A DNA stretch of 27,850 nt from Candidatus Methanomethylicia archaeon (GTDB lineage Archaea > Thermoproteota > Methanomethylicia > CALHIW01), in NCBI GenBank assembly GCA_038845975.1, contig JAWBQF010000001.1, positions 96,743-124,592 on the forward strand. The letters are read 5' to 3'. Made by a program: the position numbers and the translations under genes. The notes under the pieces were generated by a model. The model saw only the letters and a list, made by a program, of their open reading frames with translations, was not told the DNA's origin and searched no databases. This document shows positions 26,286 to 27,850 of this stretch, one piece after another (the stretch's first letter is position 1; each line of letters starts with the position of its first letter).

Positions 26286-27070
26286 ATAATCACCGTTCCG
26301 GAGATGCCGTTAATAGCCTTAGTTACAGGATTACTAGTGTATCCTGAAGCAATAATAGCTTTTCCAACACCCATTTTAACAGCATTAGCTGCAACCATAA
26401 CTTTTCTATTCATTCCGAAACCTATAGATTTTAATGTAGAATCAATATCTTGAATCCTAATTACATCAGCTTTCTTACCGTTAATTATTACTCCCTCAAC
26501 ATCAGTAAGGAATATAAGGGATGATGCCTTAATAGATGAAGCTATACTTGAAGCTACACTATCAGCATCAACATTAAGAAACTCATAATCTAAACTCATA
26601 GCAACAGGAGCTATTACAGGTATGTATCCATTACCAACAAGCATATTGAGAACACCTACATTTACCAATTCTATCTTGCCACTATAATCACCGTTTATAG
26701 CAACCATTCTACCTCTTTCATCAACAATTATAAGTTTCTTCTTACGCTTAGCTATTAGAAGACTTAGATCAACACCGCATAGACCTATAGTTTTTAATCC
26801 ATACTTAGCTAGTGATAGAACAACACTCTTATTTATTAATCCAGCCATTACCATAAGATATATTTTAATATCCTCACCATCAGTATAGCGACTCCTAATA
26901 CCCTCAGGTGAAACAACAAAAACCTGTTTCTTACCTATTTTCTCAGCTATTTTCGTAACTTCATCTCCACCACCATGAACTATTACAATACCCTCACTAA
27001 TACTCTTTAAATCCTCAGCAATATTGCTGAGATTATTTAGTAGCTCACCGCCTATTTTAACAACTATCAT
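26282..27070 (-). CDS. lysZ: Amino-acid kinase family (ArgB/LysZ: acetylglutamate / [LysW]-aminoadipate kinase)
   Basis: 262-aa ORF. Motifs: IVVKIGGE, VIVHGGG, INGDYSG (where I expected a Gly-rich loop), NVDADSVASSIA. Its stop overlaps the lysJ GTG start by 4 nt (ATGTGA). Confidence 0.9.
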   Translation of the reverse strand: MIVVKIGGELLNNLSNIAEDLKSISEGIVIVHGGGDEVTKIAEKIGKKQVFVVSPEGIRSRYTDGEDIKIYLMVMAGLINKSVVLSLAKYGLKTIGLCGVDLSLLIAKRKKKLIIVDERGRMVAINGDYSGKIELVNVGVLNMLVGNGYIPVIAPVAMSLDYEFLNVDADSVASSIASSIKASSLIFLTDVEGVIINGKKADVIRIQDIDSTLKSIGFGMNRKVMVAANAVKMGVGKAIIASGYTSNPVTKAINGISGTVIM

Positions 27071-27074
27071 TAAA

Positions 27075-27079
27075 CCACC
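27075..27079 (-). promoter_or_regulatory. Shine-Dalgarno-like GGTGG preceding lysZ
   Basis: The minus strand reads TAGGTGGTTTAATG. The SD overlaps the lysY stop codon and lies 4 nt before the lysZ ATG. Confidence 0.45.
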
Positions 27080-27850
27080 TAGATTGGATGAATAGATGGG
27101 ATTTTAAGCCCTTTTCCCTCATCAACTCCAATCATGATATTCATGTTTTGAACCGCTTGACCTGCAGCTCCCTTCATTAAGTTATCTATTGCAGAGAAAA
27201 CAACAATCCTACCTATTCTCTCATCAACTTCAAACCCGATATCACAGTAGTTTGATCCAATAACATATTTAGGATCTGGAAGCTTCTGTAAGCCTTTTGA
27301 ATCTTTGATAAGCCTTATGAATGAGCAATCCCTATAGAATCTCCTATAGGCTCTCCATAAATCGATTTCCTGAATTCTTTTTAGAGTGAAGAGATGACAT
27401 GTTGATAATATACCTCTAACAAGATCTACTGCATGGGGAGTCATAGCTACATTAACATTACTGTTTAATATTAAGCTTAGTTCCTGCTCAATTTCAGCTA
27501 TATGTCTATGCGATGTGGGCTTATATGGTCTTACAACACCACAACGTTCAGAATGATGGGAATATATTGAGGATGATGAACCTGCACCTGAGGAACCTAT
27601 TTTAACATCTACAATTATTCTAGAGGTATCAATGAATTCCGTTTTAATAAGTGGTGCAAGTGCAAGTATTACGCTTGTAGCCATACATCCAGGATTAGCT
27701 ACTAGTCTTGCTTTAGCTATTTCACTTCTATGTATTTCAGGTAGCCCATATACTGATTCACTGAGAAGATTAGGATATGGATGTTTCCATCCATACCATT
27801 TCTCGTAGGCATTAGGATCTTTAAGTCTAAAATCAGCACTTAAATCAATA
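27079..27850 (-). CDS. lysY: N-acetyl-gamma-glutamyl-phosphate / [LysW]-aminoadipyl-phosphate reductase (ArgC/LysY), 5'-partial at the window edge
   Basis: The ORF track starts at an internal Met (27684). My translation of the minus strand up to 27850 stays open and reads IDLSADFRLKDPNAYEKWYGWKHPYPNLLSESVYGLPEIHRSEIAKARLVANPGCMATSVILALAPL. This is the classic ArgC region including the catalytic PGC cysteine. Confidence 0.9.
   Translation of the reverse strand, partial: IDLSADFRLKDPNAYEKWYGWKHPYPNLLSESVYGLPEIHRSEIAKARLVANPGCMATSVILALAPLIKTEFIDTSRIIVDVKIGSSGAGSSSSIYSHHSERCGVVRPYKPTSHRHIAEIEQELSLILNSNVNVAMTPHAVDLVRGILSTCHLFTLKRIQEIDLWRAYRRFYRDCSFIRLIKDSKGLQKLPDPKYVIGSNYCDIGFEVDERIGRIVVFSAIDNLMKGAAGQAVQNMNIMIGVDEGKGLKIPSIHPI

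Noticed and set aside
1-27850. I looked for tRNA, rRNA, CRISPR arrays, integrases and known defence or toxin-antitoxin genes.
   Set aside because: I saw no GC-rich 70-90-nt cloverleaf candidates. The only GGTTCAAAT-like string, near 192-200, lies within the AT-rich transposase relic. There are no regularly spaced direct repeats and no ORFs with recombinase, Cas or toxin motifs. A by-eye scan can miss short or degenerate elements.

Overview
AT-rich archaeal chromosomal segment, probably Thermoproteota/Crenarchaeota. Supporting this: a Pth2-type peptidyl-tRNA hydrolase, an archaeal-type PGK, an ArgB/C/D/E-like LysW-pathway cluster, and TATA-like boxes about 22-29 bp upstream of many start codons. 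I call 22 protein-coding genes, covering about 81% of the window by summing my coordinates, almost all housekeeping. In order they are: MiaB-like tRNA methylthiotransferase, a second radical-SAM protein with an HhH tail, HD hydrolase, SfsA, GlmU-like enzyme, polytopic membrane protein, GDPD, ACT/V4R protein, Pth2, GpgS-like glycosyltransferase, SpeE, CarB, an orphan protein, a BKACE-family enzyme, an SDR epimerase, CarA, PGK, Usp, then lysK-lysJ-lysZ-lysY (lysY runs off the right edge). The left edge carries a decayed IS6-like transposase gene. I see no rRNA, tRNA or CRISPR array, and no recognisable defence, toxin-antitoxin or integrase gene. I did not find a compelling novel multi-gene system. 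The most unusual locus is the 4.3-kb insert splitting carA from carB (16729-21066). It holds an orphan 218-aa protein with a weak PD-(D/E)xK-like motif, a BKACE+SDR pair, and two long ORF-free stretches with strong strand-skewed composition. Other items worth checking: a radical-SAM/HhH protein with CX7CX2C cysteine spacing, an ACT+V4R ligand-binding protein behind a 647-bp ORF-free region, a 619-bp ORF-free C-skewed region downstream of speE, and two perfect palindromes. All functional calls rest on motif recognition from memory, not on database searches.
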